Shown here in pieces: positions 1 to 10,379 of a stretch of 32,000 nt of DNA. A program made the translations under genes and the position numbers. The stretch comes from a cyanobacterium endosymbiont of Braarudosphaera bigelowii (GTDB taxonomy: Bacteria; Cyanobacteriota; Cyanobacteriia; Cyanobacteriales; Microcystaceae), in contig NZ_AP024987.1 of the NCBI RefSeq assembly GCF_020885515.1, positions 330,001 through 362,000 on the forward strand, written 5' to 3'. The stretch's first letter is position 1. Every line of letters starts with the position of its first letter. A model generated the notes under the pieces. It made no database searches. It was not told the origin of the DNA and was given only the letters and a program-made list of their open reading frames with translations.

Positions 1-850
1 TGGGTTAATGCAATTTGTTCGTTCTTTCCTAGTTGGAGGACAAATTACTATATACTCTTATGATGAATTAAAAAACAATTTTATTCCGTCTCCTAACAAA
101 AAAAATACTTTTATTTCGTTGGTTCCTACTCAATTCAAATTTTTACTAATAAATAATCTTCATTTTCTACGCAAATTTGCAACTATACTGTTAGGAGGAG
201 GACCTTCTTGGGATTATTTATTAAAAGAAGCTCGAAAATATAAACTGAATTTATCACCAACTTATGGTATGACTGAAACAGCATCTCAGGTTGTTACTTT
301 AAAGCCTCAAGATTTTTTAAAAGGTAACAATAGTCTTGGACAAGTTTTGCCTCATGTGAAAGTTAATATCAAGAGGGAAGACAGAACAGTTCAAATTAAG
401 GCAGATTCATTATTCTATGGATATTATCCTAACTATATTCAGCAACAAAATTTTATTACTGATGATTTAGGATACTTTGATAATAAAAAGTATTTATATG
501 TAATTGGAAGAAATAGTCAGAAAATCATTACAGGTGGAGAAAACGTTTTCCCATTAGAAATTGAAAACACTATCCTAAAAACTGAATTAGTGAACGATGT
601 TTGTGTACTAGGTATTAATAATACCTTCTGGGGAGAAATTTTAGTGGCAGTATACGTTCCTAAAAATGATGATATTGATACCGAAAATATCAAACATTTA
701 ATTAAGCTAAATTTAAGTGCTTATAAACAGCCTAAACATTGGATACGAATTAAATGCTTACCATATAGTGAACAGGGCAAATTAAATTATCAACTACTAA
801 AAAAAATAGCTAAGAAACATATCTCCAATAAATTAATGCAGGGACTTTAA
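1..850 (+). CDS. menE: o-succinylbenzoate--CoA ligase / AMP-binding enzyme, C-terminal part (gene truncated by window start)
   Basis: Track ORF 8..850 has an open frame continuing to the window edge. Acyl-adenylate-forming motifs: YGMTETASQVVTL, GYF-like segment DDLGYFDNKKYLYVIGRNSQKIITGGENVFPLEIE, and C-terminal QPKHWIRIKCLPYSEQGKLNY. The short cyanobacterial architecture fits MenE. Confidence 0.8.
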   Translation, partial: GLMQFVRSFLVGGQITIYSYDELKNNFIPSPNKKNTFISLVPTQFKFLLINNLHFLRKFATILLGGGPSWDYLLKEARKYKLNLSPTYGMTETASQVVTLKPQDFLKGNNSLGQVLPHVKVNIKREDRTVQIKADSLFYGYYPNYIQQQNFITDDLGYFDNKKYLYVIGRNSQKIITGGENVFPLEIENTILKTELVNDVCVLGINNTFWGEILVAVYVPKNDDIDTENIKHLIKLNLSAYKQPKHWIRIKCLPYSEQGKLNYQLLKKIAKKHISNKLMQGL

Positions 851-871
851 GAGTAGTTCCCTGCATTAATT
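831..871. terminator. Perfect 14-bp inverted repeat between the convergent menE and ferredoxin genes, probable bidirectional 3' hairpin
   Basis: AATTAATGCAGGGA (831..844), 13-nt loop, TCCCTGCATTAATT (858..871). The menE stop codon lies inside the loop. Confidence 0.7.
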
Positions 872-902
872 GATGCACTAACAATTTTAAATATAATTAA
901 AA

Positions 903-1202
903 TTAATAAAGTGTTTCTTCTTGGTGAGTCATGATAACGCAATCGGATGTAGGATAAGCAACACAAGTAAGAACAAACCCTGCTTCTATTTGATCATCAT
1001 CTAGAAAAGATTGATCAGATTGGTCAACACTTCCTGAAATCAATTTACCGGCACAAGTGGAACAAGCACCTGCTCTACAAGAAAAAGGAATTTCCAAGCC
1101 TTCTTCTTCAGCTACGTCTAGAATATATTCATCTTCTGGAACTTCCAGGGTAGAATTAATTCCTTCATCTTCATTAGTCAAAGTTACTTTATAAGTTGCC
1201 AT
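903..1202 (-). CDS. petF: Plant-type [2Fe-2S] ferredoxin
   Basis: 99 aa. Cys pattern [58 protein letters not shown] is diagnostic of photosynthetic-type ferredoxin. Confidence 0.95.
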   Translation of the reverse strand: MATYKVTLTNEDEGINSTLEVPEDEYILDVAEEEGLEIPFSCRAGACSTCAGKLISGSVDQSDQSFLDDDQIEAGFVLTCVAYPTSDCVIMTHQEETLY

Positions 1203-1395
1203 GATTGTCTCCTCTTCTCAAGTGAAGAATATTTTATCTTGACAATAAAATTCAAATATATGAACTTTACTGATAAATATCTACTACCTTTGATACTAAG
1301 GGAAAAAACTCTCAAGTATAAGGAGGGATTAGTAATGAGATTCTCAAAGAAACTTCAAATAAGTTTTACTTATGTTTCCTCTTAAGTAAAAAATC

Positions 1396-1441
1396 AATAT
1401 TTACTACAAATATTTCGTAAGTTATATTTGTAGTAAATATT
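1396..1441. terminator. Perfect 18-bp inverted repeat downstream of the GH116 gene
   Basis: AATATTTACTACAAATAT (1396..1413), loop TTCGTAAGTT, ATATTTGTAGTAAATATT (1424..1441). Confidence 0.65.
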
Positions 1442-1469
1442 CGATTTAAATTCAATGCATAAGATAAAC

Positions 1470-3914
1470 TCAGTCTGTTAAGCTTGAAACTTTGTTAAGG
1501 GAGGTTGTTTCCTGAAGTTGATAATATACACTCCATATCGCCATAGCACGCAAATAATGGGATGCCCTAAAGGTTCCTGCTGGTGTAATTGCTTCAGGTG
1601 TTCGAAACTGAAGTCCATTTGAATATATTTGTTCGACTATAACTTTTGCTAATTTTAAAGCCTGATTTTTCATTCCCATTTGTATCAAGAAAGCTGATAA
1701 TCCAAAATTTATTCCTATCCAAACTTCTTGAGGATGAGTAGACTTAGGATTCTCTGGTGTACCATCAGGTTTTACACCGTTAGCAGCTCCATACTTTCCA
1801 TCATGAAAATTTAAAAAGCAAGCTTCATAAATTTTTGACAAAGCTAATGTTATGTAGGAAGCATCTACTACATCAGGTAACTTTAGTAAACGTGCGTAAA
1901 ATTGACCACAAAGCTGATCCGTCATGACTGTATCAGAACCACTTTTACTATCTAATTGATAGTACTCTCCATTCCACAAGGTGTGATGGTAAACCAAGCG
2001 AGATTTCCTTAACCAATCTTCATATTTAGTAAGACATTTGTGTATGGAAACTAAAGAATTTTGCGATTCTAAATGAGGATTATTTCTAATATTTTCTAGC
2101 AAAATTTTTCCTATCTTGATTGCAGCTTCCAAAGCAGTAATCCATAAAGCCCCACAATAAGAACTGACTCCGTGTAATTCCCAATCATCAAAAGTCTGGT
2201 CAGGTGCTCCTGAGTTCTCTGGAATACCATCATTATCTAAGTCAAACTTCTTAAGATAATCTAATGTTTCAACTACAGCTGGCCAGCATTCCCATAAAAA
2301 TTTAATATCTTGAGAATTCGTTAACAAAAAATCTCTATAAACTTGTAAAACAAAATCGCTACCTAAATCTTTCCACAGATTACAGTCTTGATAACTGGTA
2401 TAATTTGTTTTCTCCCAGGGATGTTCATTCGGTGCACCCAAGTCATGAGCAACTGCACCTTTGACTTTTCTGACTGCAAGAGACTTGTTGTAACCAATAA
2501 GTCTTAGAGTATCATCACTTTGAAAAATTGATTTTGCAAATGCTTTGATAACTGCTTTCTCTAGACATGGCCATAACATTAATAGTCCAAATGATCCGTA
2601 TAATCTGACATCTAAACTTTCATACCAACGATAATCTATACACTCCAAAACTCCAAATTTACCAACTGGATAATCTTGAGAGGATGTTGTCCAAATAGTT
2701 CCGCCATCAGTCAATAAATATAGTTCGTTAAATAAAGACATCTTAAACCAATTTGGTAAATCCTTATCTTTTAAAATAGGCAATTGAGATTGAATAATTT
2801 GCTCTCGCCATATATCTAAAGATTTTAATCCAGTTTCTGCTATCATCCATGCGTTTTTGCCATCATATCCAAAAAAGTCAGTGTAACGTCTATAATACTT
2901 ATTTCCTAGGGAAAATTCTGTTATAGGTAAATCCCAGGCTATAGTAAAAGGTATTTTTTTCACTTCTCCAGGTTTAAGCGTAAATCTAACTGCCATAGCA
3001 GCAGCAATCTGTTCATCTGAATTAGCTGCAGTTGCGTCTAGTGTATTTGGCAATTTCCCATTCATAGAAAAATGGTTCCAAACTTCAGAGCCATCTCCAC
3101 AAGGATTCCATTTACCTAAATAAAAAAATTCTAGATCAGAATTGTTGGCAGTAGTAAAACAAATTTGTCCTTCGCCCTCATTTATAGAATTATTCGATCG
3201 CAGACGATCCAGGATAAAACCAGACTGGTAACTATCTTGTTTCCAGTCATTGAAGTTCCCTTCACTAGAACCACATTTTGGTAAATATTCATATTCAGGA
3301 CTACCATCATCCCTGACTTTAATCTTTGGAATCTTAATTGAATTTGTAAACCACCCTATCATATTCTGCCAAGTCAACATAATACTCAAGGTAATAGAGT
3401 GATTGGTAGGATTAACTACACTCCATTCGAAAATACCTATAGGATAGCTAGTTTCTCGATAATTATTAGGGACTATAGGTGAAAACTGTTCACAGGTTAT
3501 TTCTGCGTCAAATATTCCTTCATACTTATACCAACTACGAGGATATAGTGCATGATAAGTTCCCTTGTTCTCTGGATACCAATCCCATTTATATAAGGTT
3601 CTATCTTCCGGCTTTTTTGTTGATAGTGCATAGGTTTTAGTTTCTCCATCTTTAGATTTTTCAAAAATACTGAATTGACAAGATGAGATAGTTTTAAAGA
3701 TGTGTTCTCCACCATCTAAGTGCCATAAGTTAAAATCTCCAGCAGAAGAACGTCCAATACAACCTGCTCCAAAGCCTCCTAGTGGCATTCCGTGCCAGGG
3801 ACCATCATCTAGATTACTAGAATATCTTACAGTATATGGATTATCCCAATCTTGGCCAATGGAACGTTGCCAAGTACAAGAAGGAATATTATTATTGAAG
3901 GATGAAGTCTCCAT
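1470..3914 (-). CDS. GH116 family protein (non-lysosomal glucosylceramidase / GBA2-like beta-glucosidase)
   Basis: 814 aa. Family-like blocks: DGPWHGMPLGGFGAGCIGRSSAGDFNLWHLDGGEH, GKFGVLECIDYRWYESLDVRLYGSFGLLMLWP, AHDLGAPNEHPW, LKKFDLDNDGIPENSGAPDQTFDDWELHGVSSYCGALW, NFGLSAFLI. Confidence 0.88.
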   Translation of the reverse strand: METSSFNNNIPSCTWQRSIGQDWDNPYTVRYSSNLDDGPWHGMPLGGFGAGCIGRSSAGDFNLWHLDGGEHIFKTISSCQFSIFEKSKDGETKTYALSTKKPEDRTLYKWDWYPENKGTYHALYPRSWYKYEGIFDAEITCEQFSPIVPNNYRETSYPIGIFEWSVVNPTNHSITLSIMLTWQNMIGWFTNSIKIPKIKVRDDGSPEYEYLPKCGSSEGNFNDWKQDSYQSGFILDRLRSNNSINEGEGQICFTTANNSDLEFFYLGKWNPCGDGSEVWNHFSMNGKLPNTLDATAANSDEQIAAAMAVRFTLKPGEVKKIPFTIAWDLPITEFSLGNKYYRRYTDFFGYDGKNAWMIAETGLKSLDIWREQIIQSQLPILKDKDLPNWFKMSLFNELYLLTDGGTIWTTSSQDYPVGKFGVLECIDYRWYESLDVRLYGSFGLLMLWPCLEKAVIKAFAKSIFQSDDTLRLIGYNKSLAVRKVKGAVAHDLGAPNEHPWEKTNYTSYQDCNLWKDLGSDFVLQVYRDFLLTNSQDIKFLWECWPAVVETLDYLKKFDLDNDGIPENSGAPDQTFDDWELHGVSSYCGALWITALEAAIKIGKILLENIRNNPHLESQNSLVSIHKCLTKYEDWLRKSRLVYHHTLWNGEYYQLDSKSGSDTVMTDQLCGQFYARLLKLPDVVDASYITLALSKIYEACFLNFHDGKYGAANGVKPDGTPENPKSTHPQEVWIGINFGLSAFLIQMGMKNQALKLAKVIVEQIYSNGLQFRTPEAITPAGTFRASHYLRAMAIWSVYYQLQETTSLNKVSSLTD

Positions 3915-4151
3915 AGTTTTATATGATAAAAATGTTTTAAAAATTTAAAAAGTATATTGTTTGTATCTAACTAATATAAAAACTTTTAGTAAATGCAGTA
4001 AGTTAAACTGAATATTAATTAAATAATGAAGCGTACTTAAACTTATTAATATTTTGTTGTTTACGTTAAAACTAATTCATGTCATAGCTATTGAATTTAT
4101 CTAAAAGGTAAGTAAAATCGCTATAGATAATTAAATTAATCGATTAATAGT

Positions 4152-5288
<1,137 letters not shown>

Positions 5289-5429
5289 CTAATGAATAAC
5301 GTAAGCGTTATTCATTGCCCAAATAATTAACGCACTGATAAAACCAAGTACCAGAAAAGCTGAAACAGCTACAACGATGGGATTATCTGCCCCATCAAAT
5401 TTCATAAGACCACGATTTAAGTCTGACAT
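5289..5429 (-). CDS. Small single-TM protein of 46 aa (MSDLNRGLMKFDGADNPIVVAVSAFLVLGFISALIIWAMNNAYVIH), conserved-looking, family not identified
   Basis: Direct reverse-strand translation gives a clean 47-codon ORF with one hydrophobic helix. It is not in the supplied ORF track. It sits 33 nt upstream of the DUF21-CBS gene on the same strand. Confidence 0.65.
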   Translation of the reverse strand: MSDLNRGLMKFDGADNPIVVAVSAFLVLGFISALIIWAMNNAYVIH

Positions 5430-5822
5430 ATAGATTAACCTTCTAATAATTAATATAAACTAGCTAATAATTAATATAAACTAAATTAGCACGTATTAGC
5501 GGCATAGGTTAACTATACTTTAACTATTGAAAAAAATTGCGAAGTGCCTATATGGATATACATATTTTCTATTTACGAATGTTGCGATACAGTTAAGAAA
5601 AGCTAGAAAATTATTAAATTTAGAAATGTGAGGATTAGTTTTTCACATGTAAATAGTTAAATAAGCTACTAAATCTTGCGGACTCTAATATTCTAAGAAA
5701 CATTGTTAGATGATCTTAATTAACTTTAGCCAGTTTGTTAAAAAAATTAACTTATACTTGGTTGAATTACATTAATAAAATAATAATAGGAATATCTTAT
5801 TTAGTTCACCAATGACTATTCC

Positions 5823-5881
5823 ACGTCAGCAAAACTTTCATCAATTTTTTTCAATTTTTTTGCTAAAGGTATTGCTGACGT
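5823..5881. repeat. Inverted repeat downstream of rpmF (10-bp perfect arms, long AT-rich loop)
   Basis: ACGTCAGCAA (5823..5832) and TTGCTGACGT (5872..5881). The loop contains a direct repeat TCAATTTTTT TCAATTTTTT. Confidence 0.6.
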
Positions 5882-5891
5882 ACTAATCAAA

Positions 5892-6068
5892 TTACTCTTC
5901 TTCTTCAGTTTCTTCATCTTTCGGGTAGATAAAGCTATTAGAACGGCCTGAAAGAACCGATTTTCCTAAAGATAATGCTTTAGCAGCTTGTATAGCTGCT
6001 GTACGTTTCCAATGCGCTTTACGATGATCTCGTTTAGAATTAGAAGTTTTTTTCTTGGGAACTGCCAT
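5892..6068 (-). CDS. rpmF: 50S ribosomal protein bL32
   Basis: Reverse-strand translation [58 protein letters not shown] (58 aa) is typical cyanobacterial/plastid-type L32. Absent from the ORF track because of its size. Confidence 0.95.
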   Translation of the reverse strand: MAVPKKKTSNSKRDHRKAHWKRTAAIQAAKALSLGKSVLSGRSNSFIYPKDEETEEEE

Positions 6069-6405
6069 TAGATTTGACTATAAATTAGTAAACAGCTTAT
6101 CTATTTTACTGTACATTAAAGTTTATTAGCTACTTTGACAATCAATTACGTAGAAATTCCTTTTATAAGTCAATAAGTAAAAGTGCTCAGAATTATTCAG
6201 TTAGTTTCAATTGTAAAATAGACTATTGTTGAACAATATATAGTTAATGGCAATTTAATTAGAAAGTTGAAGATTGAGAAATATTATCTAGCAGTTTTTT
6301 CATCTAAATTTTTAGCATATAACAAAAAAAACGATTTGTTAACCAATCTACATGTAAAGTATTGATTGATAATATAATAGTATTACTTTCGTTGATTATA
6401 TGTAT

Positions 6406-8046
6406 TTATCTAATCGAATATTCTGATGCCTCGTATGGTCTTAATAAGGATTTTGCTTGATAAAAATAGAAAGTTTCAACTACTACTCCTCCTCGTTTTA
6501 TATCAACTTTACCAATCTCACTCATTTCTTCAAAGAAAGAACGGAATTCATTAGTTAAATCAGGCATTTCATGAAATCTTTTTAATGTAATATAAAGAGC
6601 ATTTTTCTTTACTAATTGATTCATATCTGTCCAAAAAATAAAACCTCGTCTATCATAGCTAAAGCAAGTGACAGGAATGGGATGTAAAGGTCTTAAAGCA
6701 AGATCAATTAGGCCACTTAAGTAGTAAGCATTTGTAAATATGAAATCATTATTGTGCAAAGCATTTAATAATAAAGGTGAATGAGAAACACCCTTTCTTA
6801 GTTGTTTTATATCGATAAGTTCTGTAGAAGGATCAGCTTTAGAACTCAAGAATCCTCCTAAAATACTATATTTACTTTCCTTCAGAAGAAATCCTGTATT
6901 TATATGGACTAATATAAATAGTAAGCAACAACTAATTAAAACTATGTTGATTTTTAACCATCTTCCTATTACTTTCTTGGAATTATTTTGCCACTTCTCA
7001 ATATAAAAACCCAACAATAATATTAACCCCCAGAATCCGGGCATTGGCCAAGTTGCTAGAATTTGTTCTTTTCCTGCTAAGATGTTTAAACCTAGTATTA
7101 AAGGTAAAGATATCCAGAGTATAAATAATTTCTTTTTCCATAAATATTTTTCATCTTCTGTCTCAGTTTTGTTATTTATAAATACAAATAGTTTAGTAAA
7201 TATTGTTTTTACAGTCACCCACCATAAGGGAATACTAATAGTTGGAAACAATAACCCAAGATTAGTTAAAAATACAGTTATGGTATTCAATATGTTATAA
7301 GGTTTAGATACAGGTGAAAATCTTCCAAAAAGCTGAAACTTTAGTGATATCCAATCGTGTTGATAATTCCAAAATATCAACGGGAACAATGCTGTGATGA
7401 AAAAAGTAAATCCAAGTAGGCACCAACCAGAAAATATGGCACGGCGATAAGTTTGGTTGCATAGACAAAATGTAAATAGACAAAAGCCTAATACAAAACC
7501 ATGATATTTACTTAAGCATGTTAATCCAATTAAAATTCCTAAAACGCTTAAGCGGTAAGTAGGACGATAGTTTGTATTTTTTTTAGGAAAGAATTCACAA
7601 GTAGAGCAATATATGGAAGCAGACCAAAAAAATATTAAAGGACTATCAGGTAGTGTTATTGTCCCAAAACCAATTTGAAAAATTGGAACAATTGAAGCAA
7701 TAATTAGGGTTATCTTAGCTACTCTCCAACTAAACAACTTCATACTAGTCATATACAGTAGAAAAAGGCTCCCTGTATATAAAAGTAACGTTCCAATCCG
7801 AAGAGTGAATGGAGAAGTAATACCCGTAAACCAAATACCAAAACCAGTTGTTAAAGCCACAAAGATAGGATGATCGAAAAAGCTCCAATCTAAGTTTCGA
7901 GTGTATAGATAATAATATCCTTCGTCATAACCAGGCAATAACCAAAAAGCAATGATTGAACGAAAAAATAAGCCAAAAAGTAAAATATAGAAAATTGACA
8001 ACTGATTGTTTGAAGAAATATTTTTTTTATACAAAATATAAATCAA
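6406..8046 (-). CDS. Glycosyltransferase family 39 / ArnT-PMT-like multi-pass membrane protein
   Basis: 546 aa with many TM helices. N-terminal LPGYDEGYYYLYTRNLDWSFFDHPIFVAL matches the first-loop acidic motif (DEXYY...DHP) of GT39 enzymes. Also LPDSPLIFFWSASIY and LSKYHGF. Confidence 0.8.
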   Translation of the reverse strand: MIYILYKKNISSNNQLSIFYILLFGLFFRSIIAFWLLPGYDEGYYYLYTRNLDWSFFDHPIFVALTTGFGIWFTGITSPFTLRIGTLLLYTGSLFLLYMTSMKLFSWRVAKITLIIASIVPIFQIGFGTITLPDSPLIFFWSASIYCSTCEFFPKKNTNYRPTYRLSVLGILIGLTCLSKYHGFVLGFCLFTFCLCNQTYRRAIFSGWCLLGFTFFITALFPLIFWNYQHDWISLKFQLFGRFSPVSKPYNILNTITVFLTNLGLLFPTISIPLWWVTVKTIFTKLFVFINNKTETEDEKYLWKKKLFILWISLPLILGLNILAGKEQILATWPMPGFWGLILLLGFYIEKWQNNSKKVIGRWLKINIVLISCCLLFILVHINTGFLLKESKYSILGGFLSSKADPSTELIDIKQLRKGVSHSPLLLNALHNNDFIFTNAYYLSGLIDLALRPLHPIPVTCFSYDRRGFIFWTDMNQLVKKNALYITLKRFHEMPDLTNEFRSFFEEMSEIGKVDIKRGGVVVETFYFYQAKSLLRPYEASEYSIR

Positions 8047-8439
8047 TAAATATTTTATTAATTATCTAGATTAGACAGTGTAACATCCTTTATATTATTT
8101 CTGTAAATCTTCACTTTCAAAAGTTTTTGGGAAATAAATATTTATATCATGGTATTAATAGCTTGTACTTTAAGTCTCTCTTAATATCACTATGAATAAG
8201 TAAAAACACTATTAAAGCAATTTAATCAATTAAATATTATTTTCTTCTTTAAAAATAGGATTTACTACTAAAAATATATTGAAGGTACATTTTTATAAAC
8301 TGTATAACATGACAGTTTTATGTAAACTATTAATACTAAGACATAACTTCATTATAAAAAATGTTCTAATATCTTAGATTTTAGGAATGTTTTCCAGTAC
8401 GATGGAATAAATATATCTATCTAGTTCAGGGAAAATATT

Positions 8440-8556
8440 ATGATTGAACCCCTACTCATGGGCATTGTATTAGGACTTATTCCAATCACTTTATCTGGAT
8501 TGTTTGTCTCTGCATATTTACAATATAAGCGTAGCAACCAACTTAACTTGGACTAA
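8440..8556 (+). CDS. petG: Cytochrome b6f complex subunit 5 (PetG)
   Basis: Translation [38 protein letters not shown] (38 aa), preceded by CAGGGAAAA. Classic PetG sequence, absent from the ORF track. Confidence 0.95.
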   Translation: MIEPLLMGIVLGLIPITLSGLFVSAYLQYKRSNQLNLD

Positions 8557-8572
8557 GTTTCTATGTAATTAA

Positions 8573-8604
8573 ATGGAACCCTATCATGAATGATAGGGTT
8601 CCAT
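8573..8604 (+). terminator. Perfect 14-bp stem with TGAA tetraloop downstream of petG
   Basis: ATGGAACCCTATCA (8573..8586) TGAA TGATAGGGTTCCAT (8591..8604). Confidence 0.75.
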
Positions 8605-8658
8605 AATACGATTTTAATCATGTTCTACTGATTAGGTTCAGGTTAAATATATAAATAA

Positions 8659-10137
8659 ATGTCTACTAAAAATAATCTCCAAACTTCAAGTTCTCAGTCT
8701 ATAAAATTGTTACCTAAAATCGGATTACTAACAATGTTCCGATTGGGTTTATTTCAAATGGGTTTAGGAATTATGTCTTTACTGACCTTAGGCGTTATAA
8801 ACCGAGTCATGATTGATGAGTTAAAAGTTATTCCTTGGGTTGCGGCTGTAGCAATTGCTATGTATCAATTTGTGAGTCCTGCAAAAATTTGGTTTGGACA
8901 AATGTCAGATTCAAAACCGATAAAAGGATATCATAGAACAGTCTATATATGGATTGGAGCAGCCTTTTTTACAAGTCTTTCTTATCTAGCACTTCAGGTA
9001 GCCTGGAAACTTGGTCAAAGTATACAGAATATAGGTTGGGAATGGAGGACTGATATATGGGCTATTGTATTAGGGTTGGTTTTTGCTTGTTATGGATTAG
9101 CTCTTAGTATGAGTTCAACTCCCTTCGCTGCATTATTAGTTGATATCTCTGATGATGATAACAGATCTCAACTAATAGGTATAGTATGGTCAATGTTAAT
9201 GATAGGTATTGTAATCGGGGCAATTATAAGCTCACAATTACTAAATACTCCTGAAATTTGTGGACCTAGCATTATGACATATAACTCAAGCCAAGGTTCT
9301 AAGATAGTTGATATAAGTGTTTTAAAAAATACTGTTAATCCTGTCTTCGTTTTAATGCCAATGATTGTTTTAGGACTATGTTTGATATCTACATGGGGAA
9401 TAGAGTCAAATTATTCCAGATTCTCTACACGTTCAAATCATAGTCAGAGAGAGGATCAAATTACTCTAAAAGAATCTCTAAAAGTTTTAACAGCAAGTCG
9501 TCAAACTTTTGTTTTTTTCAGCTTTATACTCATATTGACCCTCAGCTTATTTATGCAAGATGCTGTTATGGAACCTTATGGAGGTGAAGTGTTTGGAATG
9601 TGTATTTCTGAAACAACACAGTTAAATGCTTTTTTTGGAATGGGTACTCTTTTTGGTATAGGATTAACAGGTTTTTTAATATTGCCAAAATTAGGTAAGA
9701 AACAAACTACTAAGATAGGTTGTATATTCTCAATAATATGCTTTACTCTGATTATTTTCTCTGGTGTTATGGAGAGTCAAAATTTATTAAAGTTTGGACT
9801 ACTCCTGTTAGGATTGGCGTCAGGGACAATTACAGCAGGGGCAACTAGCTTAATGTTAGATTTAACAGTTGCAGAAACTGCAGGTACTTTTATAGGAGCT
9901 TGGGGATTATCTCAAGCAATGGCTAGAGGCTTTTCAACTGTATTAGGTGGAGTTATTTTGTATATTGGGAAGTCAATATTTTCTACTCCAGTTTTCTCTT
10001 ACAGTCTTGTATTTTTAATGCAAAGTATAGGTATGTTGTTTGCCATTAATGTTTTAAAGTATGTCAGTGTAAAAGAATTTCAAAATGATGCAAAATCGGC
10101 AATTTCTGTTGTTATGGAAGGAGATCTAGAAGGTTAA
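8659..10137 (+). CDS. PucC/LhaA-family MFS protein (chlorophyll delivery/assembly type)
   Basis: 492 aa, about 12 TM helices. Motifs GLFQMGLGIMSLLTLGVINRVMIDELKV, GQMSDSKPIKGYHRTVYIWIGAA, FAALLVDISDDDNRSQLIGIVWSMLMIGIVIGAI, MQDAVMEPYGGEVFGM, LMLDLTVAETAGTFIGAWGLSQAMARG are typical of the BCD/PucC family. Confidence 0.9.
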   Translation: MSTKNNLQTSSSQSIKLLPKIGLLTMFRLGLFQMGLGIMSLLTLGVINRVMIDELKVIPWVAAVAIAMYQFVSPAKIWFGQMSDSKPIKGYHRTVYIWIGAAFFTSLSYLALQVAWKLGQSIQNIGWEWRTDIWAIVLGLVFACYGLALSMSSTPFAALLVDISDDDNRSQLIGIVWSMLMIGIVIGAIISSQLLNTPEICGPSIMTYNSSQGSKIVDISVLKNTVNPVFVLMPMIVLGLCLISTWGIESNYSRFSTRSNHSQREDQITLKESLKVLTASRQTFVFFSFILILTLSLFMQDAVMEPYGGEVFGMCISETTQLNAFFGMGTLFGIGLTGFLILPKLGKKQTTKIGCIFSIICFTLIIFSGVMESQNLLKFGLLLLGLASGTITAGATSLMLDLTVAETAGTFIGAWGLSQAMARGFSTVLGGVILYIGKSIFSTPVFSYSLVFLMQSIGMLFAINVLKYVSVKEFQNDAKSAISVVMEGDLEG

Positions 10138-10379
10138 TTCAGTACCTTAATTAAAAATATTATACGTGGTAAAAAAATAAGAAAGTTATCTATAATTTTT
10201 TATGGCTCACAATATACTCGATAGCCTTCACAACAAAACTATTATTTTATCTAAATATTAAAATTTTTCTAAAAGCGACATCTTTAAAAAATTGAACTAC
10301 TGTAAATTTAATAAAAGTAAAGCACTTATACTTCAATATTTGACTTTACTATTTTTTAAACATACTATGAAATTTAATT

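Noticed and set aside
3497-3948. Track ORFs 3497..3715 (-, +72aa entry) and 3700..3948 (+) overlapping the N-terminal end of the GH116 gene
   Set aside because: Short alternative-frame ORFs inside a strongly supported 814-aa coding region, with no recognisable protein features.
7082-7300. 72-aa plus-strand ORF within the GT39-like gene
   Set aside because: Antisense shadow ORF with no domain-like features.
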